Source: the human T2T-CHM13v2.0 reference genome, Homo sapiens
Assembly: GCF_009914755.1 (NCBI RefSeq)
Contig: NC_060943.1
Length of the DNA stretch: 64,000 bases
Reading direction: 5' to 3' (one strand)
The position numbers and the translations under genes are program-made. The notes beneath the pieces were generated by a model, which did not search any database, was not told where the DNA came from, and was given only the letters and a program-made list of their open reading frames with translations. This document shows positions 37,759-58,011 of the stretch, one piece after another; the first letter of the stretch is position 1, and every line of letters begins with the position of its first letter.

Positions 37759-39165
37759 TAGCTAATGATCTCAAGTGATCTGCTCCCCTTGACCTCCCGA
37801 AGTGCCGGGATTACAGGAGTGAGCCACCGTGCCCTAACCCATAGCTCACTTCTTAATTCATTAATTCAACCAACATTTCCTGAGCACCTACTATGTGCTG
37901 GAGACTATTCTACATATTGGGGATCCAGTGATGACCAAGACATATGAGTTCCCTCTTCTTAAACTGCTCTGATTTTGGTGCCTAGAAATAGCAAGGACTC
38001 TCTAAATGTTAAAGAGTCTTCTGGTTTTCTGGGGCTCAGACTTTGGGCCATCTAGGCTGCCCCTGAGGCATCCCACTCTTCCATCAGCAAAGCCTTTTGG
38101 GCCTGGAGGTCTTTTCCTGCTGTTCTTGGGCACAAGAGATCTTTCTGCTCCTCCTATCCCATTCTGGGGTCTAAGACACTGTGAGGCCTTCTAAGCCTCC
38201 ATCTAGTCTGATGGGACAGGAAGACCTTTCCGCTCTCTGATTTTCTGACACCTCCCTGGGGCTTTACCCAGGAAATAGTCCCCAGGTCCCTTCTGCTTTT
38301 TAGAGTCTCCAAACCCATCTGGGGTTTTTACCATCACCTGAAAAGCTCACCGGAAATGAGATACCAGATTCTTCTCTCTGGGGCCTGCCATGTCTACACA
38401 TTTATTATTTCCTTCCCATGGTGACTTTACCTCCCCACATTTTTTTTTCCATCAAAGCAGAAATTTTATTACCCACATTCTTTGACCACAATGCTATAAC
38501 GACAGAAATATTTTCTTTTACAAAAATTTCAATCACCTTAAGAATGTTTAAAGTCGGCCGGCTGCAGTGGCTCGACTGTAATCCCAGCACTTTGCGAGGC
38601 CGAGGTGGGCAGATCACCTGAGGTCAGGAGTTTGAGACCAGCCTGGCCAACATGGTGAAACCCTGTTTCTACTAAAAATACAAAAATGAGCTGGGCATGG
38701 TGGCGCGTGGCTGTAATCCCAGCTACTCAGGAGGCTGAGGCAGGAAAATCGCTTGAACCTGCGAGGCGGAGGGTGCAGTGAGCTGGGATCACACCACTGC
38801 ATTCCAGTCTGGGAGACAAAGCAAGACTCTGACTCAAAAAAAAAATTTTTTTTTTAAAGTCACCAGATAACTTTGGATTAAAGAAGAAATCAAAACTGCA
38901 AATAAATAAAAGCAAACATCAATTGGCATTGCCTATAGTAGAACACATGAAATAGATTATAGTAAAAAATTCTTAAAACACAAAGAATTCCAGGATGTGG
39001 AAAGCTGGGGCGAGTGTTACTCACACCCAAACAGCAACAATAGCCAGAATAACTACAAAATCATAACTTTTTCTAAACTCATTAGCTAACTGAGATCACC
39101 TGGCAGTCAAAAAGTCTAAAATGGGCTGGGCATGGTGGCTCACGCCTGTAATCCCAGCACTTTGA

Positions 39166-39517
<352 letters not shown>

Positions 39518-40565
39518 TAGATGTGATTTGCATATAGTAAAATGCACAGATCTTTGATGTATGTTCAGTGAACTTTGACAAATGCGTACACCTGTGTAAC
39601 TGTCAAACTAACCAATATTTATAATCTTTCCACCACCCTAGAAAGTTTTTTCATATCCTTTTTCTAGTTAATCCCTCCCTGCCCCCTACTTGCAACCACC
39701 AGTCTAATTTCTTTCACCATCAATTTGTTTGGAGAGGAGTTGCTTCTAACTATATTTTCTTCCCTATCTTTTATCTCTGTCATAAGTCCTTTCTTTTCTT
39801 CCAAAGACCTGGGATTTTGACTTTTTTCCGGGACAGAGGCTTGCTCTGCTGCCCAGGCTGGAGTGCAGTGGTGCATTCATAGCTCACTGCAGCCTTGAAC
39901 TCCTGGGCTTAAGGGATCCTCCCACCTCAGCCTCCTGAGTAGCTGGGACTATAGACACGCACCACCACGTCTGGCTAATTTTTAAAAATTTTTGTAGATA
40001 TGGGGTCTCAGTATGTTGCCCAGACTAATCTCGAACTCCTAGTCTCAAGCGATCCTCCCTCCTTGGCTAAAGTGGTGGGATTACAGATATGAGGCAGCGT
40101 GTCAAAAGCCTGGGCTTTTGAAATACCAAAGCTAGGAAACCTACTTTTCATCTTCCTTCCTTCTTTTCCCGGAACAATGAATTCTTATGTTGTTTGGATG
40201 CAGATTAAGGCTACCGAGTAGCACAAAAGTGCAAGAGAAACCAAAAAAAATCAGTTACTATTGCTAAAAATGTCACTTAAATGTTATAATGCTACCTACT
40301 AAGACGTCCACAGTATGAGGCTCTGCACAGTGGCTCATGCCTGTAATCCTAGATCTTTGGGAGACTTACAGTGACCTTTGGGACATGCAGTGAGCCATGA
40401 TCACACCACTGCACTCCAGTCTGGTTGACAGAGTGAGACCCTGTCTCAAAAAAAAAAAAAAAAAAATTAGGCTGGATGTGGTAGCTCATGCCTGTAATTC
40501 CAGCACTTTGGGAGGCTGAGGCAGGTGAATCAACTGAGGTCAGAAGTTTGAGATCAGGCTGGTCA

Positions 40566-40800
<235 letters not shown>

Positions 40801-41065
40801 CTACTGTGACCCAATTTTACAGGTGAGGAAACTGAGGCACGGAGCAGTTCACAGATTGCATGAGAAAAAGTAGCACGATTATTCCCACCACACATGCTAC
40901 AGTGGGAGGAAGACATTGATCCTGTTCTGCATACCATGGGGACGGGGACGGGTTGTGGGAGGTGACGTTCCCAAGCCCTAAATATGTAGGACAGGGCACA
41001 GGGCAGGTCCTCACCCTGAGGGTCATGTAGAGGAATGGCTGGCTGAATGGAATTTTTATTTGCAG

Positions 41066-41175
41066 AATTTTGTGGCCAAGGCCCATGGCTCTCCACGGGT
41101 GTACTGGCTGGGGCTGAATGACAGGGCCCAGGAAGGGGACTGGAGGTGGCTGGATGGGTCTCCTGTGACATTAAG
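41066..41175 (+). CDS. CLEC17A: CLEC17A exon 13, CTLD part 2 (NFVAKAHGSPRVYWLGLNDRAQEGDWRWLDGSPVTL); GC donor
   Basis: WIGL-type motif (WLGL) and WRWLDGS; acceptor tttgcag; donor AAG|GCAAGT; 110 nt keeps frame with exon 14. Confidence 0.94.
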
Positions 41176-41484
41176 GCAAGTGCTTGGGTTTCCTGGGGTC
41201 TCTCTGCTTCCTCTGTGGGCCCTGACCATGGGGAGGGGAGAAGGTGATGGAGTACATGGTTGAAGGAGTCAGGAGCTGTTTCTTTTTTTTTTTTTGAGAC
41301 AGAGTCTTGCTCTGTCGCCCAGGCTGGAGTGCAGTGGCGCAATCTCAGCTCACTGCAAGCTCCGCCTCCCAGGTTCAAGGTATTCTCTGCCTCAGCCTCC
41401 CGAGTGGCTGGGACTACAGGTGCCCATCACCATGCCCGGCTAATTTTTTTGTATTTTTAGTAGAGACGGGGTTTCACCGTGTTA

Positions 41485-41616
<132 letters not shown>

Positions 41617-41623
41617 TTATTTT

Positions 41624-41659
<36 letters not shown>

Positions 41660-41751
41660 TTCTTTGAGACGGAGTCTCGCTGTCGCTCAGGCTGGAGTGC
41701 AATGGTGCGATCTCAGCTCACTGTAATCTCTGTCTCCCAGGTAGAGGTTGA

Positions 41752-42353
<602 letters not shown>

Positions 42354-42830
42354 TAAAGGATTTGTCATTGGCAAAGAAGGGGCCTAGAGACCCTGATTGC
42401 AGGGTGTGTGGCACAGGTAGCATTGCTCATTATTTTGGTACACCACCCCCAGTCATTCCCATTTCCCTGTGTGCTTGGCATCCTTGCAGTCCAAGCTGAT
42501 AGGGTGTCTAGCATCCCAGGCTTGGCCAGACAGGGACAGCACCAGGGTGATTTTTTGGTGACAGGCTGTCTGGACCCTGAACCTTCAATATTTCCTCCAT
42601 TGCAACATCTCAGTCTTTTCGTAAAACTGCTGAAATATATCAAGCTCTCCAGGCTAATGGTTGGGAGAAAAAAGGGAGGGTGGAAGGATGAGGAAGAATT
42701 TTTTTTTTTTTTTTTTTTTTTGAGACAGAGTCTCACTCTGTTGCCCAGGCTGAAGTGCAGTGGTGCAGTCTTGACCCAATGCAACCTCTGCCTCCCAGGC
42801 TCAAGTGATTCTCCCACCTCAGACTATTGA

Positions 42831-43106
<276 letters not shown>

Positions 43107-43543
43107 TGATCTACCCGTCTTGGCCTCCCAAAGTGCTGGGATTACAGGTGTGTGCCACCGCACCTGGCGGAACATTGGCTGCTAAAGGCTCACAGGAATG
43201 CTTTTTCCGCAAAGCTATTCTCAGCTGAATGGGAGCCTGCTCACCTAAGACACTACCCAACTCCACTGGGGTCAGCTCACAACCGGTGACAGCCTAAGAG
43301 AAGCCTGGACCCCTTGTGACAAGTTGGGATGACTCTGGTGCTGTTGACATCCCAGTGGTCTCTGTTGGGGTCAGGCTGAGGCTAGAGTCATCTGAGTCCA
43401 TGCTCCTGCTCAATTCCTTCCCCTTCTCCATCTAGCTTCCCTCACCTCTCTCCTAAGAACATCCTTTAATAAATCCTACACACTCGAGTCCCTGAATCAG
43501 GCCCTGCTTTAAGCAAGAGCCCACATGATCTAAACAATTCCTA

Positions 43544-43990
<447 letters not shown>

Positions 43991-44133
43991 TTACAGGTGT
44001 AAGGCTCCACACACGGCCTAATATGGGTTTTGCCAAATGCGTAGTGCCAGGTATTCATCATTACAGTATTATACAGAAGAGTTTCACCACCCTAAAGATC
44101 CCTGTCCCTCTGCCCACTTTTTCCTCCATCCAG

Positions 44134-44266
44134 CTTCTGGGAGCCAGAGGAACCCAATAACATCCACGATGAGGACTGTGCTACCATGAACAAAGGTGGC
44201 ACCTGGAATGATCTCTCTTGCTACAAAACTACGTATTGGATTTGTGAGCGGAAATGTTCCTGTTGA
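44134..44266 (+). CDS. CLEC17A: CLEC17A exon 14, CTLD part 3 with EPN and WND motifs, stop TGA at 44264-44266
   Basis: SFWEPEEPNNIHDEDCATMNKGGTWNDLSCYKTTYWICERKCSC*. EPN+WND is a Ca-dependent mannose/fucose-type site. Total spliced CDS is 1137 nt. Confidence 0.96.
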
Positions 44267-45470
44267 AGCCCAGGGCCGAGGCTGGGGGTCCATATCTGAG
44301 TGTCTCTTTGAGATGAGAATCTCCTGCCCTTTCGTGGACGGCCTTGCCTCTTCGTGAGTGGACACACAGATGTGCCTCAAACAGGATTGGCACCCTGGAT
44401 GCAGCAAGTTCCCAGGGGTGCAAGTCAGGCTGTTTCTAGAGTGAGGACTTGGGCTTGCCCTAGTAGATGGTGAGCTGGGAGGATGCTCAGAGCTTGGTGG
44501 TGGGAGGTCTCCCACTTCTGGGGTTGAAAGGATCTTCACTAAGTTCCTGATCATGACTCTTGGGAAGTGATACTAGCCCTGAGGACCCTGGGGCTGGTGT
44601 TGAACCTGGGATGAAATATCCTGGCGCCTGTGAACCACAAAGAGCTGGGACTGGGCTCCTTTTCCTGCAGCCTCAAACTTCTGGGCTCAGGTGATCCTCC
44701 CATCTCAGCCTCCTGAGTAGCTGGGACTACACATGCGCACCACCATGCCTGGCCAATTTTTTGTAGCATTTAAAGAGAGGGAGTCTCACTATGTTGCCCA
44801 GGCCAGTCTCAAACTCCTTGCCTCAATGGATCCTCCTACTTGGGCTTCCCAAATTGTGAGGATTACAGGTGTGAGCCACTGTGCCTGGCTCAAAATTATT
44901 ATTATTATTTTTATAGAGATGAGGTCTCACTCTGTTGCCGAGGCTGGTCTCAAACTCCTGGGGTCAAGCAATCCTTCCGTGATGGCCTCCCAAAGTGCTG
45001 GGATTACAGGCATGTGTCACCGTACCTGGCCGATATTTTTATTTTTATTTTTACTTTCCCCATCTTTTCCTTTTTTTTTTTTTCCAAACAAAAGCTTTGA
45101 AAGTGGTGACAGAAAAATTTCCCTTTGAGCTAGACCTCTAGATCTGCCTCGCACAGAAATACATTAAGTGGGCTGGTCTCATGTAGTCCCCACATCATTG
45201 CAAATTACAAACCTAAAAATACAGAACATCAGCGGAGAAGACAGGAGAGCTTCTATATTCACCCCATGTCGTCCTCTCCAGACACTGCTTCCTTCCTGGT
45301 CTCAAACAGCACAAATAACCCAGAAACCATCAAAATTATTTTTGACCAGCAACTTTCTCAATGTCTTGGGTGAGGTTTGCACAAGCTAAGTGGCAGAATC
45401 AGACTTTTGCCAGAAGACTTGGCCCGTGGAACTTCTATCCTTTTTTTTTTTTTTTTTTTTTTTGAGATAG

Positions 45471-45662
<192 letters not shown>

Positions 45663-45780
45663 TAGTGTGGCCAGGCAGGCCATAACCTGGTCATATCCAC
45701 ACAGGACAACGATGGACCTATCTGCCAGCACGTGCCCTTGAGCTATCTGTGGGTTGTAACGTCTTTGATGATATAATTCA

Positions 45781-46095
<315 letters not shown>

Positions 46096-47015
46096 TCACT
46101 TTACTTCTGTGTGGACTTTCCTGGGCTATTAGCTCTTGCAATGTTAGTGCTTCTCAAAATGCCACTATGTTGGGTGTTCCTTGTCTACTGTGTGTTAGTT
46201 TGCTGGGGCTGCCATAACAAAGGACTGGGTGGCTTCAGCAACAGAATGCATTTTCTCACAGTTCCGGAGGCTGGATGTCCAAGATCAAGGTGTTGGCAGG
46301 GTTAATTTCTTCTGAGGCCTCCTGTCTTGGCTTGTAGATGATCCTCTTCTCCCTGTGTCTTCACCTGGTTCTCCTTCTGTGTGTCTGGGTCCTAATCTCC
46401 TCCTCCTCTTCTTTTGTTTTTGAGACAGGGTCTCGCTCTGTCACTCAGGCTGGAGTGCAGTGGTGTGATCTCAGCTCACTGCAACTTCCACCTCCCAGGC
46501 TTAAGCATCCTCCCGCCTCAGCCTCCTGAGTAGCTGGGATTACAGGTGTGCACCACCGTGCCTGGTTAATTCTTGTATTTTTTGTAGCAACAGGGTTTCA
46601 CCATGTTGCCCAGACTGGTTTTGAACTCCTAGGCTCAAGCAATCTGCCCACCTTGGTCCCCCAAAGTGCTGGGATTACAGGCATGAGCCACTGTGCTGGG
46701 CCTACAACGACCACTTTAAAGATCCTGTCTCCAAATACAGCCATATTAGGAGGTCCTGGGAATTAGAATTTAAACATATGCATTTGGGAGGGGTGGCACA
46801 ATTTGGCCCATAACATTCACAAACTGCCAGAGTGACCCCCACCCGACCCTCCTGCCCTGGCCATGTGACAACCAAAAAATACCAATTAGAGGGCTGGTAC
46901 TACTCCCAGCTAGGCATAACTCAACATAGTATTCCCTTTGGACAATCCCTGAATTGCATCCAAGGGTGGGTAGACATTCTCCAAACCAATCAATTTATTT
47001 TTTTTTTTTTTGTGA

Positions 47016-47117
<102 letters not shown>

Positions 47118-47730
47118 TGAATAGCTGGGATTTCAGGCACGTGCCACCATGCCTGGCTAATTTTTGTATTTTTAGTAGAGACAGGGCTTTGCCATGTTGG
47201 CCAGGCTGGTCTCGAACTCCTGACCTCAAGTGATCCGCCCACCTCAGCCCCCTAAAGTGCTAGGATTACAGGCGTGAGCCACCATGCCTGGCCTTATTTT
47301 ATTTTTTGAGACAAGTTCTCACTCTGTCGCCCAGGCTGGAGTGCAGTGTTGTAATCATAGCTCACTGAAGCCTCAAACACCTGAGCTCAAGAAATCCTCC
47401 GTCCTCAGACTCCTGTATAACTAGAACTACAGGTGTGCCCCCACCACACCCAGCTAATTTTAATTTTTTTTTTTTTTTTGTATAGACAGGGGTCTTGCTT
47501 TGTTGCCCAGACTGGGCTTAAACTCCTGGTCTCAAACAATCCTCCTGCTTCAGCCTCCTAAAATACAAGGATTGCGATCAATTTATTGATCAATAAGCTC
47601 CCTTAATCAATAGCAGAATCTTTCCTGTTTTGTCTGAGAACAGGTGCTTATAGCAAGGAGACTGTGAGGAGAGCAGGTGGTGGGAGAGGTCGGAGCTGAT
47701 TTCACTTCCTGTTTCTTTGATTTGTTTTAA

Positions 47731-47991
<261 letters not shown>

Positions 47992-48621
47992 TGATCCACC
48001 CGCCTTGGCCTCTCAAAGTGCTGGGATTACAGGTGTGAGCCACTGCACCCAGCCTCGTTATTTATTTTTAAGAGATGGGTTCTCAGGACGTGGCCCAGGC
48101 TGGAGTGCAGTGGCATTTCACAGGCACGACCCCACTACTGAGTTTTGGTTCTGTCTGTCCTCTCTTCTCACCTCTGCCCACCTCTGCAGCTGCCCTGATG
48201 CATCACTACCAAAGCCAGCTCCTGTACTGTCCGCAGCCTGCTGAGTGGGTGGGTGTCGTGTTGTAAACCCTCCACCCAGGGGACTGTTATGTCAAGCAAC
48301 TTTATCTGGGGTCAGGGGAAGTTCCCACATTTCAGAAGAGGGAAGTTGTTTTCTGATATGCGTATTGAGAAATGGGGAAGCAGGGGTCTGTTGTCACGTC
48401 TCTAGGAGGCCCCTGGTGGAACTGGTCCCAACCTATCTCCCTTCCACATCTCTCATGATTATCTAATTGCAGAGAGGTAAATATGAAAGAGGTCACTTTT
48501 TACCACTTTAGGTCCAGGGGAGCAACAGTTGGATAAAAATAATAACCATGGTTTATCAAACATATATTGTGTGGTAAATAAATGCAGTGGCTCTCATTGA
48601 ATCTTCACCATGACTTTGTGA

Positions 48622-48882
<261 letters not shown>

Positions 48883-48974
48883 TGATCTGCCTGCCTTAGC
48901 CTCCCAACGTGCTGCGTGCTGGGATTATAGGTGTGAGCCACTGTGCCCGGCCCCCATTTTTTTTTTTTTTTTAA

Positions 48975-49292
<318 letters not shown>

Positions 49293-49530
49293 TGAGATGG
49301 AGTCTCACTCTGTTGCCCAGGCTGGAGTGCAGTGGTGTGATCTTGGCTCACTGCAACTTCCATCTCCCACCCCAGCTCCCTCGTTCCTCGGGAGAGGTGA
49401 CTCTGAGATGCATGTTCCACATTATCTCCTGAAAGTCCCCACTAGGGTAAAGCTCCACCTGCCTAGAGAGATAGCCTGCTCAACTAACACATTTTTGGTT
49501 AATTTTTAAAATTAAAAAAAATTTTTTTTA

Positions 49531-49840
<310 letters not shown>

Positions 49841-50494
49841 TTAGAGAGACAGGTTCTCGCTGTGTTGCCCAACCTAGAGTGCAGTGGTGCAATCATAGCT
49901 CACTGCAACATTGAACTCCTGGGTTCAAGCAATCCTCCCGCCTTCGCCTCCAGAGTATCTGAGACTACAGGTGTGTGCCACTGCTCCCAGCAATAACACA
50001 TCTTTTAACACATCTTGTTCTTTCTCTGCCTTACTTTTTTTTTTTTTTTTTTAACAGAGTCTTGCTCTGTCGCCCACTGTAACCTCCGCCTCCCAGGTTC
50101 AAGTGATTCTTCTGCCTCAGCCTCCCGAGTAGCTGGGACTACAGGCCTATGCCACCACACCCGGCTAATTTTTGTATTTTTAGTAGAGACGGGGTGTCAC
50201 CATATTGGCCAGGCTGGTCTTGAACTCCTGACCTCTGCCCTTGTGATCTCCTCGTGATCTCCACGTGAACTCCTCGTGATCTGCCCATCTCGGCCTTCCA
50301 AAGTGCTAGGATTACAGGTGTGAGCCACCGTGCCCAGCCCTGCCTCATTTCTTCACACCCCGTTGGTGTTTCCTGGGATCATCTCCAAAATAATCTACCT
50401 GCATGCATTAAACTCCTTATCTCAGAGTTTGCTTTTGGGAGAACTCAAATGATGATGCTATGGGATGAGTGTCATCATCAAAGATGAGTTTGTG

Positions 50495-50600
50495 AAATGG
50501 TTCTGGTTTGCCTGGGACTGAGGGACTCCTGGATTGTGGGACTTTTGGTACTAAACCTGGGAAAGTCCCGGGTAAACCAGAATGAATTGACTATCCTTAT
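50495..50600. mobile_element. MER81-like hAT-Blackjack remnant
   Basis: Palindromic ends ctggtttgcctgggac ... gtcccgggtaaaccag; family from recalled consensus. Confidence 0.5.
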
Positions 50601-50860
50601 AGGAGGATAGTGTGGCATCAGGGAAGCCAAGAGAAGAGAATGCTTCAAGAAGAAAAAAAATGATCAACAGAGTCAAATGTTGACCCAGCGGTCAAGTTTG
50701 GTAAGACTGAGAAACAACCAGTGGACTTTGCACCGAGGAAGCATTTGGGACATTGGTTCATCCTTTGGTGTGTTGCAAGCAGAAGTTAGATTGCAGTGGT
50801 TGAACAGTGAGGAGGTTGGAGCAAGTGAAGACAACACAGTGGAAACAAGCTTTTTTCTAG

Positions 50861-51186
<326 letters not shown>

Positions 51187-51279
51187 TGAAGAGGAGGAGA
51201 GATAGAGTGGCTATTGCAGAGGGAAAGCAGATTAAGGGGAGACTTTTTGGATAGAAGGGGCCTGAACATGTGTCCTCTC

Positions 51280-51422
51280 TTTTCCTTCCTTCTTTTCTTT
51301 TCTCTTTTCTTTTCTTTTTTCTTTCTTCCTTCCTTCCTTTCTTTTTCGTTCTTTCTCTTTCTCTCTCTCTTCCTCTCTCTCTTCCCCTTGCTTCCCTCCC
51401 TCCCTCCCTCCCTCCCTCCCTC

Positions 51423-51486
<64 letters not shown>

Positions 51487-51500
51487 TTCTTTCTCTCTTT
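51280..51500. repeat. Pyrimidine-rich (TTTC)n/(CCCT)n microsatellite at an Alu tail; a similar tract lies at 32350-32565
   Basis: Directly visible. Confidence 0.9.
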
Positions 51501-51505
51501 CTTGA

Positions 51506-51691
<186 letters not shown>

Positions 51692-52590
51692 TAGGCTGGT
51701 CTCGAACTCCTGACCTCAGGTGATCCACCTGCCTCGGCCTCCCAAAATGCTAGGATTACAGGCGTGAGCCACTGCACCCGGCCATGTCCTCTCTTTTCTT
51801 CCAAAATTCCTATTATTCTCATATTAAACACCCCAGTCTTCCTTTTATTCTTCCAAGATTTTAATCTTTTGGCCTTTTTTCCTCAGTGCTTTGAGCTATT
51901 TCTCCTGTGTGGTCTTCTAAGCCTCAAATTTGGCTTTTGAGAGTGACGACTTAAAAAAAAAATCACCCAGCATCAATAGCAGACAGGTGCTAAAGAAAAA
52001 TAAAAATCATCCAGTAAAATATCTTCTTAAATGTATTCCTTTTTTATTAAGTTCCATAGAACTAGAACTTTTGGGCATGCACTTGAATCTTCTTACATTC
52101 TTTAATTTTTTTATTTTTTGCAAAATAAACTTTTATTTGGAGGGACAGCATAATTTAGAGTCCAGGCTCTTTTACACTTTAAACATTTATTTATTTATTT
52201 GTTTTATATAGACAAAAATATATATATTTATCATGTACAACAGGATGTTTTGAAATATATCTACATCGTGGAATGACTAAGTCAAGCTAATTAATATACG
52301 ATTACCTCATATAACTTTTTTTTCTTTTTTTTGTGGTGAGAACACTTAAAATCTCTCATCAGGCGCGATGGCTTGTGTCTGTAATCCCAGCACTTTGGGA
52401 GGCCCCGGCAGGTGGATCGCTGCTTGAGGTCAGGAGTTTGAGATCAGCCTGGCCAACATGGTGAAACCTTGTCTCCACTAAAAATACAAAATTAGCTGGG
52501 CATGGTGGCATGTGCTTGTAGTCCCAGCTATCGGGAGGCTAAGGCAGGAGAATTGCTTGAACCCAGGAGGTAGAGGTTGCAGTGAGCCTA

Positions 52591-52884
<294 letters not shown>

Positions 52885-52931
52885 TCACGCCGTTGCACTC
52901 CAGCCTGGGCAACAAGAGCGAAACTCCATCT

Positions 52932-52967
<36 letters not shown>

Positions 52968-53526
52968 AGCCTGTATCTAGCAAGGAAGTAAAGCCAGTAG
53001 GAAGCTGATGGTTTGAGGGAATGAGTGAGTTTAAAGAGCAAGTTTATGGCCAGGTGCAGTGGCTCATGCCTGTAATCCCAGCACTTTGGGAAGCTGAGGC
53101 TGGAGAACCAGTTGAGCTCTGGAGTTTGAGGCTGCAGTGAGCTACGATCATGCCACTACACTCCAGCCTGGGTGACAGAGTGAAACTCTGTCTTAAAAAA
53201 AGAGCAAGTTTAGGATGAGTGGGACTAAGAACTTGAGGAAAAGGACCTCTTCATTTACAAAAAGTCAAGGAAATATTTGCAGTGGTCATGCTTTGGGTTT
53301 CCAGGGACAAGCATTGACTGAATACACCATAGTGAAGAGAAATGCAATTTACCACACATTTGTTGAGAGCCTATTGTGGAGAACAAACAGCTTGGGAAGT
53401 AAAGGTTGATTACTTCCTCTCCAAGGATGATATGTTTAATGAATTCCCTTTTCCTTAGCTTCATTCTTCATAATGCCAAAGAGATCCATGGATATGATTT
53501 TCCATATGGAGTTGAATATTCTAGTT

Positions 53527-53565
53527 TTAATATTTTCTCTTCACTTGTCCTGGAAAAACATCCCC
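53527..53565 (-). CDS. ADGRE3: ADGRE3 (EMR3) last coding exon (GDVFPGQVKRKY*)
   Basis: Minus-strand ttttatag|GGG GAT GTT TTT CCA GGA CAA GTG AAG AGA AAA TAT TAA; matches the recalled EMR3 C-terminus. Confidence 0.88.
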   Translation of the reverse strand, partial: GDVFPGQVKRKY

Positions 53566-54308
53566 CTATAAAAGAGGTTTAGATTAAAGGTGGATGTAAG
53601 GGTAAAATAAAGTAAACAGACAAAATCAACAACATGGAAAAACAGCAGGAGTGATTTAAACCCAGTTTGAACCAGCAGGCAAGGATGGCATGATCTCCTA
53701 GCATTTAAAAATCCTAGGGCAGATGTGGTCTTCTTTGGCTTAGAGTGGGAAGACTTATCAAAAATTCAGCAGGAAGAATTCTTCTTTTTGATAAATTTTC
53801 AGACATATTACACTCTGGAATTTCAGCCCCCTGGATGTTTTTTTGTCTATGAAGAAAGGTTAGAGTCTTGTTGGCTTTGTTTCTCTTTGAATGCCTGTTA
53901 TCTAACATAGTGCCTGACACACTGTAGTACTCAACAAATGTTCTCTTTGCACCCCACAACTTACAGCTTGGTTTAGCAGCCCCAAGCTCCACAGAGGAAC
54001 CAACATCTCCTGAAGAAGCCTATGAGGTTAGTGCTTCCTAGCCTAGTTATAAGAGTTGTGGGCAAGAAGTTCAAAGTTACATCTTCCTTCCTGGTATTTA
54101 TGGTTCATTCATAGAATTTCCCATCTAGATGCAATTTACAAGTCAAGCTTGACTTTTTCCATAGGCAACATTGCCTGGCGACCTATCTGATCTTCCAACT
54201 TTATCACGTTTCTTGGGAACAGAGTTAGAAAGTTAACCCAAGGTCAAACTTGTCCATAGAGAAAGAGTTTCATTAGCTTTTTACTCAAACTCTGTGCCTA
54301 AAAAATAA

Positions 54309-54695
<387 letters not shown>

Positions 54696-55136
54696 GAGAC
54701 AGGGTTTTGCTCTGTCACCCAGGCTGGAGTGCAGTGGCCTGATCTTGGCTTGATCTTGGCTCATTGCAACCTCTGCCTCCCGGGCTTAAGCAATGCTCCT
54801 GCCTCAGCCTCCCAAATAGCTGAAACTACAGGCTACAGGCATGCACCACTACACCTGGTTAATTCTTTGATGTTTCTGCAGAGACAGGGTCTCACTATAC
54901 TGCCCAGGTTATATTTGATATTTTCCCCTTCCAAAGATACACTCATATTATTCAATTTCCACAATGTTAAACGATTTTCCTTATTTCATTGTGGAGAACC
55001 AGTAACTGGAATGCTGGCAGCTTTGGGAATTATTTTGGATTATCTGGGAAACCTTTCATAGGTCACAGTCAACAGTTGGCACTTTTACTCTTGTTGAGAA
55101 TAATTAAGCCTAATATTAATCAAATTTTTTTTTTGA

Positions 55137-55241
<105 letters not shown>

Positions 55242-55389
55242 TGAGTAGCTGGGATTACAGGCACCTGCCACCACGCCCAGTGGCTCACACCTGTAATCTC
55301 AGCACTTTGAGAAGCTGAGGCGGGCGGATCACTTGAGATCAGGAGTTCGAGACCAGCCTGGCCAACATGGTGAAACACCATCTCTACTA

Positions 55390-55758
<369 letters not shown>

Positions 55759-56417
55759 TAGTGCAGAAAGCTCATTCTGTGTTGCACTGAGCCTGAGTTA
55801 GTGCAATGGAAGAACAGAATACCAGCAACCAGATTCCAGAAGTATCATCTTTCTAACAGGGCTATGTCCTCCCCCAGAAAGGTCCCATGATTCCCTGCAC
55901 CCATCCTCTGCAATTATGCAGAGCAGCTGGGGCAGAATCCCTCCCCTGGAGCCTGTTCCATGGCGTACCGTCACTCTGTGGGCCCACATCCACATCTTTA
56001 TGGACAGTGGGCATTTGGGGGAAGATGATCACTCTGCTATGCCTACACTTGTAAATTTCCCCCAGTGAGAGTCTGTGTTAGATTGCATTGGTTCTGATGA
56101 TATGTTTCACCCATACATCTTCACACAGCAAGAATACATATGAAAACCAGCTTAAGTGCTGTTAGTGAGCAGAGAGGAGTCACTGAGGAACAATATAACA
56201 AGAATGAGGAACTCAAACCAGGTTATCGGGAAAAGGACTCTTCCTCATACCCTCCAGGAAAGCAAGTTTGTACTAAGACTAGCTCCTCAAAGCTACCCTA
56301 TGTTTCCCAGGCTGGTGTCAAACTCCTGGGCTCAAGCGATCCTCCCATCTCAGCCTCCCGAGTAGCTAGGACTACAACGCCACCACACCTGGCTTCCTTT
56401 TTTTTTTTTTTTTTTGA

Positions 56418-56576
<159 letters not shown>

Positions 56577-56944
56577 TAGTAGAGATGGGGTTTCTCCATG
56601 TTGGTCAGGCTGGTCTCGAACTCCCAACCTCAGGTGATCTGCCCACCTCGGCCTCCCAAAGTGTTGGGATTATAGGCGTGAGCCACTGTGCCAGGCCTGT
56701 GGCTTCCTTTTTATTATTATTATTTTACATTGTGGAAATTGAATAACATGAGCATATCTTTGAAAAAGGAAAATATAGGCCGGGTGTGGTGGCTCATACC
56801 TGTAATTTCAGCACTTTGGGAGGCTGAGGTGGTAGGACTGCTCGAGCTGGGAGATCAAGACCAGCCTGGGCAACATAGGGAGACTCCATCTCTCTCTCTA
56901 TAAAAAAAATTAGTAGGGCATGGTGGTGCACACTTGTGGTCTCA

Positions 56945-57058
<114 letters not shown>

Positions 57059-57107
57059 TTAAAAAAAAAAAAAAAGGAAAATATAAATTAAAAACTAGAG
57101 GAAGCTC

Positions 57108-57700
<593 letters not shown>

Positions 57701-57795
57701 AAACAAACAAACAAAAAAATCCCAAACTAGAGGAAGTTTGCAGTGTCAAGAGAGGAGTATGTAAAACATTAGAACAATTGAGATGTTTCACTTAC

Positions 57796-57903
57796 CTCAC
57801 TGGGTTTTGAGTCAGGACCCATCTTGCTGGAAAGTGTGTATGTCTCAGACTCAGATTTTGATTTTACGATCTCTCTAAACCACTTTTGATATTGTTTCTG
57901 GAC
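57796..57903 (-). CDS. ADGRE3: ADGRE3 penultimate coding exon (VQKQYQKWFREIVKSKSESETYTLSSKMGPDSKPSE)
   Basis: ttccag|GTC ... GAG|GTAAGT; 108 nt, phase 0; cytoplasmic tail. Confidence 0.93.
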
Positions 57904-58011
57904 CTGGAACATCAAAGGAAATACCTGGATGGGTTTTGCTAACATTGGTGAACAGCAGAAAGGTCGGTGAGTCAGGAAGAGGATAGAGATGTATTATTAT
58001 TTATTTATTTT